A stretch of 64,000 nt of DNA from Gemmataceae bacterium (GCA_041694635.1 JBDNHI010000103.1:50829-114828), one strand, 5' to 3'. Positions 1-11,608 are shown, numbered from the stretch's first letter. Numbers and translations are program-made. Notes: generated from the sequence alone by a model not told the origin.

Positions 1-247
1 TATAATTTTTGCAGATTTATTTTCTTAACCTGTGACAAAGTGAAACTGATTTAGGGGGATAAAGCTTTGGAAGATTGGTCTACCATTTAATAATGCGAAA
101 ATGAGTGTTAAACCTCAACTCATAAATATTTCAGAAATATTTGTTTTAAAACTTTATCTTAATCATTTCTTAAGGTTACTTCTGTTAAATTAATAAAAGT
201 AAAAGTTTTTATTATCTGTCGGTGTACCGTTTAAAAGGAAAATAACG

Positions 248-1621
248 ATGCAGAAATTCCTTGCTGGAATCGCTAGCCTAGGTTTGGTGGGAATTTTGGT
301 TTTAAGTGTCTGGTCACAACCCCAAGATGGAAAAGGCGGAGCAGGAAAAGGTGGCGTAGGTAAAGAGGGTGATAAAAAAGGTGGTGGCTTTGATAAAAAA
401 GGACCTCCAATGCCATTTGAAATAGGAAAGGTTTTACCCCTACACCTTTACGACATGCTTGAACTAACCCAAGATCAGAAAGCTCAGATTGCGGATCTTG
501 AAAAAGAAGTAAAATCTAAATTGACTAAGATTCTTAAAGAAGACCAAGTTAAGAAAATTGAAGCTTATAAAGATAAAGGTAAGATGGATGGAAAAGATAA
601 AGGAAAAGGAAAAGATGATGGAAAAGATGGTAAAGATAAAGATGGCACAACTGAGAAAAAAGCTGGCCAACCCAGACCCGATATGGATTCTAACCTCAAA
701 AAACCATCCCAAATTCAATGGTTTGCTTCCCTTGATCGCGGATTGATAGAAGCTCAAAAATCTGGTCTTCCTATTTTATTCCTTTCGGCTGCACCCCATT
801 GTGCTGGCGTCTCTGGAACTTGGTGACCGGGTAAATCCGAGATGGATAAGAGTTTCTTGTCTAATCCCGAAGTCATTGCTCAATCTAGAAATTTTGTCTG
901 CATTAGGCTTCTTAGCTACGAAGACAAGGAAGAAGCTGAGTTCTTGAAAAGTTTTAATGTAGGTCGTTCTGGTGATGCGGAGAATACGGTTTTTTGCATT
1001 CTTTCCTCTGATGGGAAAAACCGTTTGGTTAGGCCAGCCCGGGGGACGGGGCAGGTGTATTCTTCCGCAAAAGCAATGGCAGAATCTATGGGTAAGATTG
1101 CTCTTCAAAACCCAATAAATTCTGCTGCAACGACTAAGCTTGCGATTCCTTATGTTGCTAACTTGCGGCTTGCTCTTAATGTCGCAAGTTGTGATAAATT
1201 GCCTTTGGTAGTGGTTTTTAAAACGACAAAAAATCCAACAAATGATTTAGAAGAAAAGATCAGTAAAGTTGCTTGGTCGCCCGAATTTATTGGGAAGTTT
1301 ATCTATGTAAGCATTTCAAATAAAAAAGACTTAGAGCTACTTCAAGGCGCAGAAGATGAATCGAAAGTTTTAGTGGTTCAACCTGATAATTTTGGTTTAA
1401 AAGGTGAGGTTTTGTTTCAGACTTCTGAAGTTTCGGAATTGAAACTTGGGGCGGTTTTTAGTGAAGGTATTTTGAAGGGCCAGTGGCCTGCCCTTACCTT
1501 TTGGAATCATGTACAGCAAGGCCATCAAAAAGGAGTTTTTTGGGAAACAAAATTACCTGTTACAGATAAGCAAGAACTCAGTGCCCGTGAACGATTTCGC
1601 TCGAAAAGTAGTTCAAAATAG
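248..1621 (+). CDS. Secreted LTXXQ-motif + thioredoxin-fold protein. Its single reading frame is interrupted by one in-frame TGA (824-826), so it is either a candidate selenoprotein or a freshly inactivated gene
   Basis: Track ORFs 248-826 and 842-1621 share one frame (842-824=18) and are separated only by TGA plus 5 sense codons. There is a signal peptide (MQKFLAGIASLGLVGILVLSVWS), a G/K-rich low-complexity region, and an LTXXQ motif (LELTQDQKAQIADLEKE). A thioredoxin-fold signature follows: WFASLDRGLIEAQKSGLPILFL...TW[TGA]PGKSEMDKSFLSNPEV...NFVCIRL. Confidence 0.6.
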
Positions 1622-1643
1622 TTTTGTATGAAACTGGAATGTT

Positions 1644-2297
1644 ATGCGTATTCTAGTGGTAGAAGATGAGCCAGATCTACTTAGCACCATTGCTAGGGCC
1701 TTGCGCGAACAAGGGTATGCGGTAGACGAAGCTTGCGATGGAAAAAATGCCTTCTTCAATGCTTTTTCAAATTCCTATGACGCCATCGTGCTTGATTTGA
1801 TGCTACCCGAAATGGGGGGCATCGAATTTATCAAAAAGGTTCGAAAATCGAAAGCAACTCCTATTCTAATTCTTAGCGCTTTAGATACGGTTGGGGATAG
1901 AGTCGAGGGGCTAAATATCGGGGCAGATGATTACTTAGTTAAACCATTTTCAATGGTGGAACTATTTGCAAGGCTTCAAGCTTTGATTCGAAGAGCAGCC
2001 GGTGTCACCGCAAATATTATAAGTGTAGGGGAGTTAACAATAGACCTTGGCACGAAGATTGCCGGGTATGCAGGCCGTAAGATAGACCTGACTCCAAAAG
2101 AATTTTCGCTGCTTGAATTAATGGTGTTAAATCGAAATAAAGTGGTGAGTCGAACCGCAATTTATGAACATATTTATGACTCCGATGATGATACTATGAG
2201 CAATTTAGTCGATGTACATATTTTTAATTTAAGAAAAAAGCTGGAAAAAGATATCATCGAAACAAGACGAGGGTTGGGATACATTATTTGTGATTAA
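1644..2297 (+). CDS. OmpR/PhoB-family response regulator
   Basis: The receiver domain is MRILVVEDEPDL...AIVLDLMLPEMGG...LILSA. The C-terminal winged helix is LTPKEFSLLELMVLNRNKVVSR...VDVHIFNLRKKL. It starts 22 nt after the upstream gene and its stop overlaps the kinase start. Confidence 0.92.
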   Translation: MRILVVEDEPDLLSTIARALREQGYAVDEACDGKNAFFNAFSNSYDAIVLDLMLPEMGGIEFIKKVRKSKATPILILSALDTVGDRVEGLNIGADDYLVKPFSMVELFARLQALIRRAAGVTANIISVGELTIDLGTKIAGYAGRKIDLTPKEFSLLELMVLNRNKVVSRTAIYEHIYDSDDDTMSNLVDVHIFNLRKKLEKDIIETRRGLGYIICD

Positions 2298-3768
2298 ATC
2301 GCTGCGCTGGAAATTAGAGTTTTTTTATGCAGGCTTACTGGCATTCCTTATTGTTTCAATAGGCTCGCTTTTGTATTTTCAGGTTTGGCACGCCGTTTAC
2401 GATGAGTTTGATCAAAGGTTAATAGCAGCAGCGTTGTATTTAGATTTAGCTTTGCGACCAATGCCCGCTGAACCAGGCAGAGTAATGGCTCCGCCACCTA
2501 GGCCAGATGGAAGCCGGCCTCCGCCCCCTAGGACCCAAGAGCAATTTTTAAAAGGAATAAAGTTGCCTGAGGAACTGAATTTATACCAACAGTCATCACC
2601 TTTGTCGATGCCTGTACCTGATCTTAAAATCTCTAAACATTACTTTTTAATTTATTCGAATCAGGGTGAATTGTTAAAGCAGGAAAACCTTCCAGAGGGT
2701 TATTTGGTTCAGGAGGTTGGAGATGAGATTTTTACAGAACGGCCGACTTTAAAAACGGTTTTCAATAATAAGCGGGAAACCTATATGCGAGGTCCAAGGA
2801 ACACCAGAATAATTGTTGGAAAATCTCTGATTTATATAAAAGAAAGATTGGGTACATTTGCTTTTCGGATTATTTTGGTAGGTTCCTTTTTCATGGCGGT
2901 TGGTATCTTTTTTTCTTTCGCTATCGCAAGCCGAATCTCTAAACCACTTGCCCAGATGTCTGCAGCAGCAGAACAAATCTCAGAAAAAAATCTGAGTACA
3001 CCTTTGGATATCACCCAGGTCAATTCCGAGCTTTCTGGCCTCGTTAAGGTGCTTAATAATTTGTTCGCCCGACTTGACGCATCCCTTAACAGACAAAAAC
3101 AGTTTACTGCGGATGCCTCTCATGAACTTCGTACACCCCTTGCGGTTATTCGTTCTATCTCGGAATTAACTTTATCTCAAACGCGCACTCCGAAAGAATA
3201 TCAAGAAGCAATTGAAATTTCGCTTAAAGCGGTACATCGGATGACTAAATTGGTAAACGGTTTGCTTGCACTTGCCAGAGTGGATTCCTACAGTGAAGAG
3301 TTTACAGTGCAAGAAATTGAATTTGATTGTCTGGTTTTAGAATCTTTTTTACTTTTAACTCCGATGGCTACAGAAAAACAAATCAGTATTACGCACGATT
3401 TAAACCCCGTTAAAATAAACGGGCATTAGGCGAGTTTGACCCAAGTTCTGGATAACCTCATTACCAACGCAATTATTTATAATAAGGTTGGCGGTGAAAT
3501 TAATCTGAAGCTTATTTATGAGAAAGGAATTGCAATTTTGGAAATAACCGATACCGGAATCGGAATTTCACAAGACCAATTAACACACCTTTTTGAACGT
3601 TTTTACAGGGTTGATAAGGCTAGATCAAGGCTAACTGGGGGCAGTGGCTTGGGCCTTTCTATTTGTAAAGCTCTTGTGGAAAAGCATCAAGGGGTGATCA
3701 AAGTAAATAGTATTATAGAAACCGGTACCACTTTTAGAATCGAATTTCCACTTCAATTAAAAGTTTAA
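2290..3768 (+). pseudogene. Sensor histidine kinase (TM-sensor-HAMP-HisKA-HATPase_c) interrupted by an in-frame TAG at 3427-3429
   Basis: ORFs 2290-3429 and 3436-3768 are in the same frame. The first part carries the H-box FTADASHELRTPLAVIRS. Right after the stop come the N-box LTQVLDNLITNAIIYN, G1 DTGIGI and G2 GGSGLGLSICK. The junction reads VKINGH*ASLTQVLDNL, which matches the usual GDxxxLxQVLxNL spacing. Confidence 0.75.
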
Positions 3769-3793
3769 CTAAACGCTTTTTAACCTGTAACTC

Positions 3794-4723
3794 TTAGTAT
3801 TGGCTGCCATCAATCACATTTCCATCCATACGATTAGCAAGGTTTGCGTAGGTAGTTCCTTGGATTGAATTGTTAATAGCTTTTACCGCTCCATCGCAGA
3901 AGACAAAAAGAACCACACCCGAATGACTACTGCCAAAACACCCTGTTCTTGTATCGGTAGGCCCTTTGGCCGGCAGGTTGGTAGCAGAAGCGCCAAAAAA
4001 GCTACTTCCCTTGTCTCCATTATATGCCGCACCATCTCGAGCATTGACATCACCATAAAGGGTGTTGGGAATATGTTTTTCGCCAATCATTAGGGTGTTA
4101 CTTAAACCATCAGTGATATCAGCAATTCTGTAGCCATTTCTATATCCAGTACCGCCGGTATTCCAATCGTTGGCGAGTGGAAAAACGCCATTGGTTGGAG
4201 TATTTGCCACTGTTCCGCCAGCGGTGATACCGTCCCACCAGTAATCACTGCCCGTTGTTCCCACATTCGCAGCGTAGTCTGCTAAGGCACCTGGGTACCG
4301 GGTGCTAGTAGCGGCAGAACCATCTGCCTGATCTCCATTATTAGCATCTTGCTTTGAAGCTGCTCTTCTTGCGGGGCAAAACAAACCTTTAATCGTCGTT
4401 TGCTGAACTTGGGCACTTTGATTGTAATAATTCGTACTAAAATTCCATTGGTTTCTTAATGCACCTTGCTCCAAGTAATCAAAGAGCTGAACCATCCAAG
4501 TGTAATCAGCATCTCGCCTGCTATTGGTAAAGCAGGAAAAAGTGGACTGATAGTTATGCATTGCAAGGCCTAACTGCTTTAGGTTGTTACTGCAACTCAT
4601 ACGACTGGCTGCTTCTCGGACTTTCTGCACTGCAGGAAGTAGAAGCCCGATTAATATTGCAATAATTGCAATGACTACAAGCAGTTCGATTAGAGTAAAA
4701 CCCTGTTTTTGATGGTGTTTCAT
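3794..4723 (-). CDS. DUF1559 / H-X9-DG protein with prepilin-type N-terminal cleavage-methylation domain
   Basis: The N-terminus is [51 protein letters not shown]. The C-terminal [12 protein letters not shown] is an exact H-X9-DG motif. Confidence 0.9.
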   Translation of the reverse strand: MKHHQKQGFTLIELLVVIAIIAILIGLLLPAVQKVREAASRMSCSNNLKQLGLAMHNYQSTFSCFTNSRRDADYTWMVQLFDYLEQGALRNQWNFSTNYYNQSAQVQQTTIKGLFCPARRAASKQDANNGDQADGSAATSTRYPGALADYAANVGTTGSDYWWDGITAGGTVANTPTNGVFPLANDWNTGGTGYRNGYRIADITDGLSNTLMIGEKHIPNTLYGDVNARDGAAYNGDKGSSFFGASATNLPAKGPTDTRTGCFGSSHSGVVLFVFCDGAVKAINNSIQGTTYANLANRMDGNVIDGSQY

Positions 4724-4838
4724 TGGTTAAACAGTCTTCATTTTTGGATCCTTAAAAAATAGAGCTAAACTCATTGTAGATTTTGGAAAGTTGAAAGTAA
4801 ATATTGAACTTGCATTAAAGTTTTAAAACAGGGTAAAA

Positions 4839-6083
4839 GTGAGCATTAATTCAAAGCTTGGGGTCAATATGAAAGTTCTTGTTAATTATCTTCCTGCACT
4901 GAAACAGCGCAGCGGAATAGGTCATTACACTGCAGAACTTTGTGCTGCGCTAAGTGGCTCGAATTATCCACTCGAGTTAGATTTATTTCCCGATCCTCAG
5001 TGGGCCCCTTGGATAAAGAGTATCGAATCAAGGTTTAAAGAAGTGGTGCCGAAGGTTAGTAGCGAAAATGCATCTCAGGCAGTTTCGATTTCATCCATTG
5101 TTAAAAAGAATTTAAAAAGCCTGGCGAGGAATGGATTGAATTATCTGTTTGCAGATCGGGCTCGGAAAAGTGGTTGTGATTTGCATCACGAGCCCAATTT
5201 TTTGCCCTTCGATCTTGACCTCCCTACTATTGCTACCATTCACGATCTCTCCGTCATTCGTTATCCACAATGGCATCCAGTTGATCGCGTCATTGAATTT
5301 GAAAAGCGATTTGAAAAAACGATACGAAACGGCTCTCACTTTCTTACCGATTCAGAATTTGTCAAACAGGAACTCGTTAAAGAATTTAACCTTCCTGCCG
5401 ATAAAATCACTGCAACACTTTTGGGCATCCGAAATGGCTTGTCTCCTATTGCAATGCCCGAAGCTAGGGCCGTCCTTCGTGAATTGAATCTTCCGCAAAA
5501 GTATTTCTTACACCTAGGCACCATCGAACCTAGAAAAAATCTATTGTTCCTTATGCAAGTTTATTGCAGCCTTCCTTTAAAAATCCGTGAGCAATACCCT
5601 TTGTTATTGGTGGGCGGATGGGGTTGGAGGGCCGAGGCAGAATATCGTTATTACGAAGAAACCGCAAAGCATAATCAGGTGATCCTGTCGGGCTACATTC
5701 CAGATGATAAAATTTCTGCGGTTTATAATGGGGCCCGTGCTTTGCTTGCTCCTTCCCATTACGAGGGATTTGGTTTGCCTCCCGCTGAAATGATGGCTTG
5801 TGGCGGGGCCGTGATTGCTTCCAGAATTGGAACTCATCAAGAGGTTTGTGGTTCTTCTGCTGCTTTTTGTCACCCCGATGATAAGGATTCTTGGCGCGAT
5901 GCACTGATGCAAATTGCTTGGGACGATGAATGGCATAGAAGTTTACGCAGAGGTGCAGTGGAAGCCGCTTCCAAATTTTCTTGGCATCATTGTGCGCTTA
6001 AAACATTCTTGGCTTATGAAAAAGTTTTAAATATTGCTCGCCCTCAAATTATTCAAACAAACCATTTAAAGCTAGCTGGATAA
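4839..6083 (+). CDS. Glycosyltransferase family 4 (GT-B fold)
   Basis: C-terminal motif EGFGLPPAEMMACGGAVIASRIGTHQEV. The true start is probably ATG 4869 (MKVLVNYLP...). Confidence 0.85.
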   Translation: MSINSKLGVNMKVLVNYLPALKQRSGIGHYTAELCAALSGSNYPLELDLFPDPQWAPWIKSIESRFKEVVPKVSSENASQAVSISSIVKKNLKSLARNGLNYLFADRARKSGCDLHHEPNFLPFDLDLPTIATIHDLSVIRYPQWHPVDRVIEFEKRFEKTIRNGSHFLTDSEFVKQELVKEFNLPADKITATLLGIRNGLSPIAMPEARAVLRELNLPQKYFLHLGTIEPRKNLLFLMQVYCSLPLKIREQYPLLLVGGWGWRAEAEYRYYEETAKHNQVILSGYIPDDKISAVYNGARALLAPSHYEGFGLPPAEMMACGGAVIASRIGTHQEVCGSSAAFCHPDDKDSWRDALMQIAWDDEWHRSLRRGAVEAASKFSWHHCALKTFLAYEKVLNIARPQIIQTNHLKLAG

Positions 6084-6114
6084 TTTGATTAACAATTATG
6101 CACTCTTAGCACTT

Positions 6115-7365
6115 CTACCGTGGTTGTATTTGGTACACTGTCATTACATAGGCCCGCATATCGCTTCGATACGACGAAGGACCAGACACTTCAACCCTTT
6201 GATTTAAAAATAGATCTAGATTCTGGCCAGGCGCTGGAATTAAATAAATCAAAGGTCTTCCTTGCTGTGATTCAATGTAGTAAGAAGGATCTTGACTTTG
6301 AGGCCTTCCACCTTTTCGAAGGTAACCCGGCCCTACCCCCGTGCCTGAACCCGAATTGATCGGCTTCACCGGCGCAGGCGTTGGGCCACTTACCACCGCT
6401 TGATAATTGTTTTGTGGCACAGTATTCGGACTCGGGCTTGGTGCTTCTTGCATATTATTGCTTACGGGATTATTAACCGTACTGTTTATTGGTGCATTGG
6501 ATATCGCTTGCACTAATGGCTTGTTGATTAGCTTGGGTTGACCAGGCGCACATGCCAATACTGTATTCGTTTTTCCTCGTGCAGTGCAATCTCTTAGCCA
6601 AGCTGCCCTGCTATAGCATTGATTCGAAAACATAGGCTGGCTGCAAGCAAAATCTTGACTTATTTGTGTATACTGGCGAATCGCCTCGGTTGTCTGACCG
6701 GCAGTCTCTGCGGCTACCGCCTGATTCCATCTCAAATTAGGATCACAATTTGGTACGCTTGCATTTGCGTTTATCACGCTGCTCGTTGTCCCTACTGGAT
6801 TGCTTACCGAGGTTACGGGCACTTGATTTACTGGCAATGCAGGTTTTACTTGCGCCGATTGTTTCCCTATCGCTTCGCATCGAATATATCGCAATTCGTT
6901 TTCGGGAGGCACGATCGGAATCCAAGTCTCTTGGTTATCAACTTGGGGCGATCCAAGGGCTTTCACCTGCGTTCCCCTTGCAAGCTTTGCACTTTCTACC
7001 GTTGGTTTGGTATTTAATAAGGCACTACCAATATACACAGGCACTTTATTTCCATCATTGATTTGAACTAAATAATTGGGCTGGTTTGCAACAATGCGTT
7101 GCAAGTATTTGCTTTGAACCCAAGAGAAAGAACCTTCGGGCGGGCGAATCGCAAGCCATCCGTCGTTGCGTTCTTGAATCACGGTGATTAGGTCGCCTGC
7201 TTTTAGATTATTGGTGCCATACAATTTCGAATCGGAACCGGGGCCAGATCTTACTTCGGCATTGGGTAGAGTAATTCGTGCAGTATAGGGTGAAGTTGCA
7301 GGGGTAATAGTTCCCATTGCTGTTTGATTTGAGAGCAGAAAAACTAGGGTAATAAGTCCATTCAT
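6115..7365 (-). CDS. Secreted protein with bacterial SH3-like repeats and an Asn/Pro/Cys-rich linker
   Basis: It has an N-terminal hydrophobic signal. An SH3b-like segment reads AEVRSGPGSDSKLYGTNNLKAGDLITVIQERNDGWLAIRPPEGSFSWVQSKYL, followed by a second similar unit. The ORF is long with no competing frame. Confidence 0.7.
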   Translation of the reverse strand: MNGLITLVFLLSNQTAMGTITPATSPYTARITLPNAEVRSGPGSDSKLYGTNNLKAGDLITVIQERNDGWLAIRPPEGSFSWVQSKYLQRIVANQPNYLVQINDGNKVPVYIGSALLNTKPTVESAKLARGTQVKALGSPQVDNQETWIPIVPPENELRYIRCEAIGKQSAQVKPALPVNQVPVTSVSNPVGTTSSVINANASVPNCDPNLRWNQAVAAETAGQTTEAIRQYTQISQDFACSQPMFSNQCYSRAAWLRDCTARGKTNTVLACAPGQPKLINKPLVQAISNAPINSTVNNPVSNNMQEAPSPSPNTVPQNNYQAVVSGPTPAPVKPINSGSGTGVGPGYLRKGGRPQSQDPSYYIESQQGRPLIYLIPAPGQNLDLFLNQRVEVSGPSSYRSDMRAYVMTVYQIQPR

Positions 7366-7734
7366 AAGAATTCTCGGTCGAGGAACAAAACCTCACACTT
7401 CTTGTTATCGAAATTTGAGAGGTGAATCTGAAACGAGAAAGGGAAAAATGCGTAGAAATAAAGGATTTGCAAGTTAAATAAGCAAGCTAAGTACTTTTTA
7501 AAGCTTAAAGACAAGAAAGCTTCTTGCCTATTTATCCTAAACTATCTTTTGTTGAAATGGTTGATATTTGTTTTCCATCGGAACTTTTGCCCCTTTTCTT
7601 ATCGTTTTCCTAACTCTCACCAATTGCGAAAATTTGATGTTCTTCTATTTTTGTGTTTTTTTCCTCCTCGAAAACTTTATACTCCCTTTACAGTTTTCTA
7701 TTTAATTTGAAAGTCCCATTCTGAAAGAAGATAG

Positions 7735-9387
<1,653 letters not shown>

Positions 9388-9409
9388 TCGATAGTCCTTT
9401 GGATTTAGC

Positions 9410-11227
9410 TTGGGGGTTTTTGTGCTTGGACCAATTTTTGATCGTGAATGGTATATTTTACCCCGTCGGCCAAGGCACATTCCCACTCGAATTGCCTACC
9501 TTGGCATTCTTTGGGTCATTGCTGTCACCGCTTGGCTTTCTACGGGGCTGTGGCAAAAACCTGCCACTCTAGGCGAAACTGCTAGGCTAGGCCCTCTTCT
9601 TTTTCAGATTATTTCCATTGTTCAACTTACCTTCCTACTCTTTTTTAGTGCCCTTTCTTCTGCGAGTGCGGTTGCCCTCGAAAAAGATCGACGCACTTTT
9701 ATTCTTCTCCTCATTACCGACCTACGAGACCGCGAAATCGTTCTAGGCAAAATTTTTGGCAGCCTCCTTCCCATCGTTTTTCTCCTTGCGGGCTCTGCTC
9801 CTATTCTTGCTTCGCTTTTACTCCTTGGTGGTATTGCACCTTTTCAAGTTCTTCAATCTCTCGTTATTCTTGCCGCCACCTCTCTTGTTTCTGGCTCAAT
9901 AGGTGGCCTTGTTGCACTTTGGCGCGAGAAAACTTTTCAGGCCCTTGCCCTTACTACACTTATCCTTGTCCTCTACCTTGGTTTGATTCGGGTCATTGCT
10001 TTTCTCCCAGGTTTAAATTCAGATGCTGCTATCTTCCTCCAAGAAAGGCTTGATCCTTTTCTTGCGCTTGGTACCGTACTAGATCCTCTTTCCTCTTCTC
10101 AATCTTCGCTTTCTGCTCCTTATGCTTACGCTATTCTTATGGTTATCTTTTCCCTTTTTATAAATACTTATGGAATGTTTAAACTCCGCATTTGGAATCC
10201 GAGTGGCGAGCCTATTATGCAATGCGAAGCACCCGATAACGCTTCCCTCGAAGAATCGGACCGCGCTCAAGCTCACGCCGCCCCAGGCCACACCCGTAGG
10301 GTACAAGGGAACCCTATCTTTTGGCGCGAAGTCTTTACTCGGGCCTATGGCAGAAAACCTATCCTTATTAAACTTGCCTATGCTTTTGCCCTATCTCTTA
10401 TTTGCTTCGCTGCCCTTAGGCCTTTGTTCCTCGATCAGGAAAAAGCTGTTTTCTTTGCCGCTTATGGCTTAATTCCAGTTACCGTTCTTAGTCTTTTGCT
10501 AATCGCTGCTCAGGCTGCTACCTCGATTACTTCCGAACGCGATACAGGCGCTTTAGATTTACTCTTGGTTACCGATCTTTCCCCCCAAGAGTTTATCTTT
10601 GGCAAACTTGGTGGCATTCTTTGGAATACCAAAGAATATATCGTTCCACCTTTTCTGCTTGCTGCTCTTTATGGCTACTATGGTTTCCTTGCTACACCAC
10701 CGGCGAACCAACAACAACTTGCACCTATGATGAACCTTACTTCTTTTATTTGTTTAATTGCTGGCTTTGCTGTATTGCAATCCTTTGCGATGGTGCTGGG
10801 TATTCATGTTGCCCTTCGTAATCAAAACAGTAGGCTTGCAATATTAAACACCTTGGGAACTATTTTTTTCCTGACTGCTGGCACGCTTATTACTATTTCC
10901 TTGATCTTGATTAATGGCAAGTTCGAATATCAGTGGGCTAGTTTTATCTTTTTCCTTGCGGCTGGCATCGGCGGTCTTTGGTGGGTTTTGAATGGCGACC
11001 GGCCTTCCCCTGCACTTACTCTTGCTAGTTGGTTAAGCCCTTTAAGTGTTTTTTATGGAATCGCAAATGCATTGGTTGCCAAGCCTGGTTCTCAGGAATC
11101 TGCGGATCCTGTTTTATCTTTTATGGTTTTAGGTGGGGCCTTTGCCTTTACGATTGCTGCTATGTTAGTCCCTTTATTAAGCGAATTTGATATCGCTTTG
11201 GGGCGGACAAGTGGCGGGGCGGATTAG
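9410..11227 (+). CDS. Polytopic ABC-2/NosY-like permease (two fused halves)
   Basis: 605 aa and highly hydrophobic, with about 12 predicted TM stretches in two similar halves. The N-terminus GPIFDREWYILPRRPRH is typical of this family. No adjacent ATPase gene. Confidence 0.65.
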   Translation: MGVFVLGPIFDREWYILPRRPRHIPTRIAYLGILWVIAVTAWLSTGLWQKPATLGETARLGPLLFQIISIVQLTFLLFFSALSSASAVALEKDRRTFILLLITDLRDREIVLGKIFGSLLPIVFLLAGSAPILASLLLLGGIAPFQVLQSLVILAATSLVSGSIGGLVALWREKTFQALALTTLILVLYLGLIRVIAFLPGLNSDAAIFLQERLDPFLALGTVLDPLSSSQSSLSAPYAYAILMVIFSLFINTYGMFKLRIWNPSGEPIMQCEAPDNASLEESDRAQAHAAPGHTRRVQGNPIFWREVFTRAYGRKPILIKLAYAFALSLICFAALRPLFLDQEKAVFFAAYGLIPVTVLSLLLIAAQAATSITSERDTGALDLLLVTDLSPQEFIFGKLGGILWNTKEYIVPPFLLAALYGYYGFLATPPANQQQLAPMMNLTSFICLIAGFAVLQSFAMVLGIHVALRNQNSRLAILNTLGTIFFLTAGTLITISLILINGKFEYQWASFIFFLAAGIGGLWWVLNGDRPSPALTLASWLSPLSVFYGIANALVAKPGSQESADPVLSFMVLGGAFAFTIAAMLVPLLSEFDIALGRTSGGAD

Positions 11228-11375
11228 TGCTTTGGCGTTGTGGCTAATGCGAATGGCAGTTCTTGCCGATAAAACATAAATACTTCTTTTATTTTCTTGG
11301 AAAGAAAGTTCTTTCCTATTCCTTGCTTTTTGCCATTGGCTGGGGTTAAGGGATAAGAAGAAAGTAAGAGAATTG

Positions 11376-11448
11376 GCCCCGGTAGCTCAGTCGGTAGAGC
11401 AGCTGACTCTTAATCAGCTTGTCGTAGGTTCGATCCCTACTCGGGGCA
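11376..11448 (+). tRNA. tRNA-Lys (anticodon CUU)
   Basis: Hand-folded cloverleaf. Acceptor is gccccgg/tcggggc, D stem gctc/gagc, anticodon stem gctga/tcagc with loop ctCTTaa, and T arm gtagg-ttcgatc-cctac. Discriminator is A and CCA is not encoded. Confidence 0.9.
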
Positions 11449-11552
11449 TTCGTTGTTTCTGCAATTCCTCGACAATTCCCGCTAAAACCTCAATATTACC
11501 CTCAATTTCAATCAATTCTTGAACTTCTGCGAACATTTCTGAACCGCCCCGA

Positions 11553-11608
11553 TGCGTCGGATTTTGCGTTGTTTTTACATCGTGTGCGTCGGATTTTGCG
11601 TTGTTTTT
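11553..11608. repeat. Two copies of a 24-bp direct repeat (tgcgtcggattttgcgttgttttt) separated by 8 bp
   Basis: Copies at 11553-11576 and 11585-11608 were read directly from the sequence. They lie between tRNA-Lys and the integrase remnant. Confidence 0.85.

Noticed and set aside
3427-3429. UAG in the histidine kinase as pyrrolysine or reassigned sense codon
   Set aside because: The codon sits at a non-conserved linker position. Nothing in the window hints at pyl genes. Many other genes in the window appear to terminate normally at TAG. A nonsense mutation or sequencing error is far more likely.
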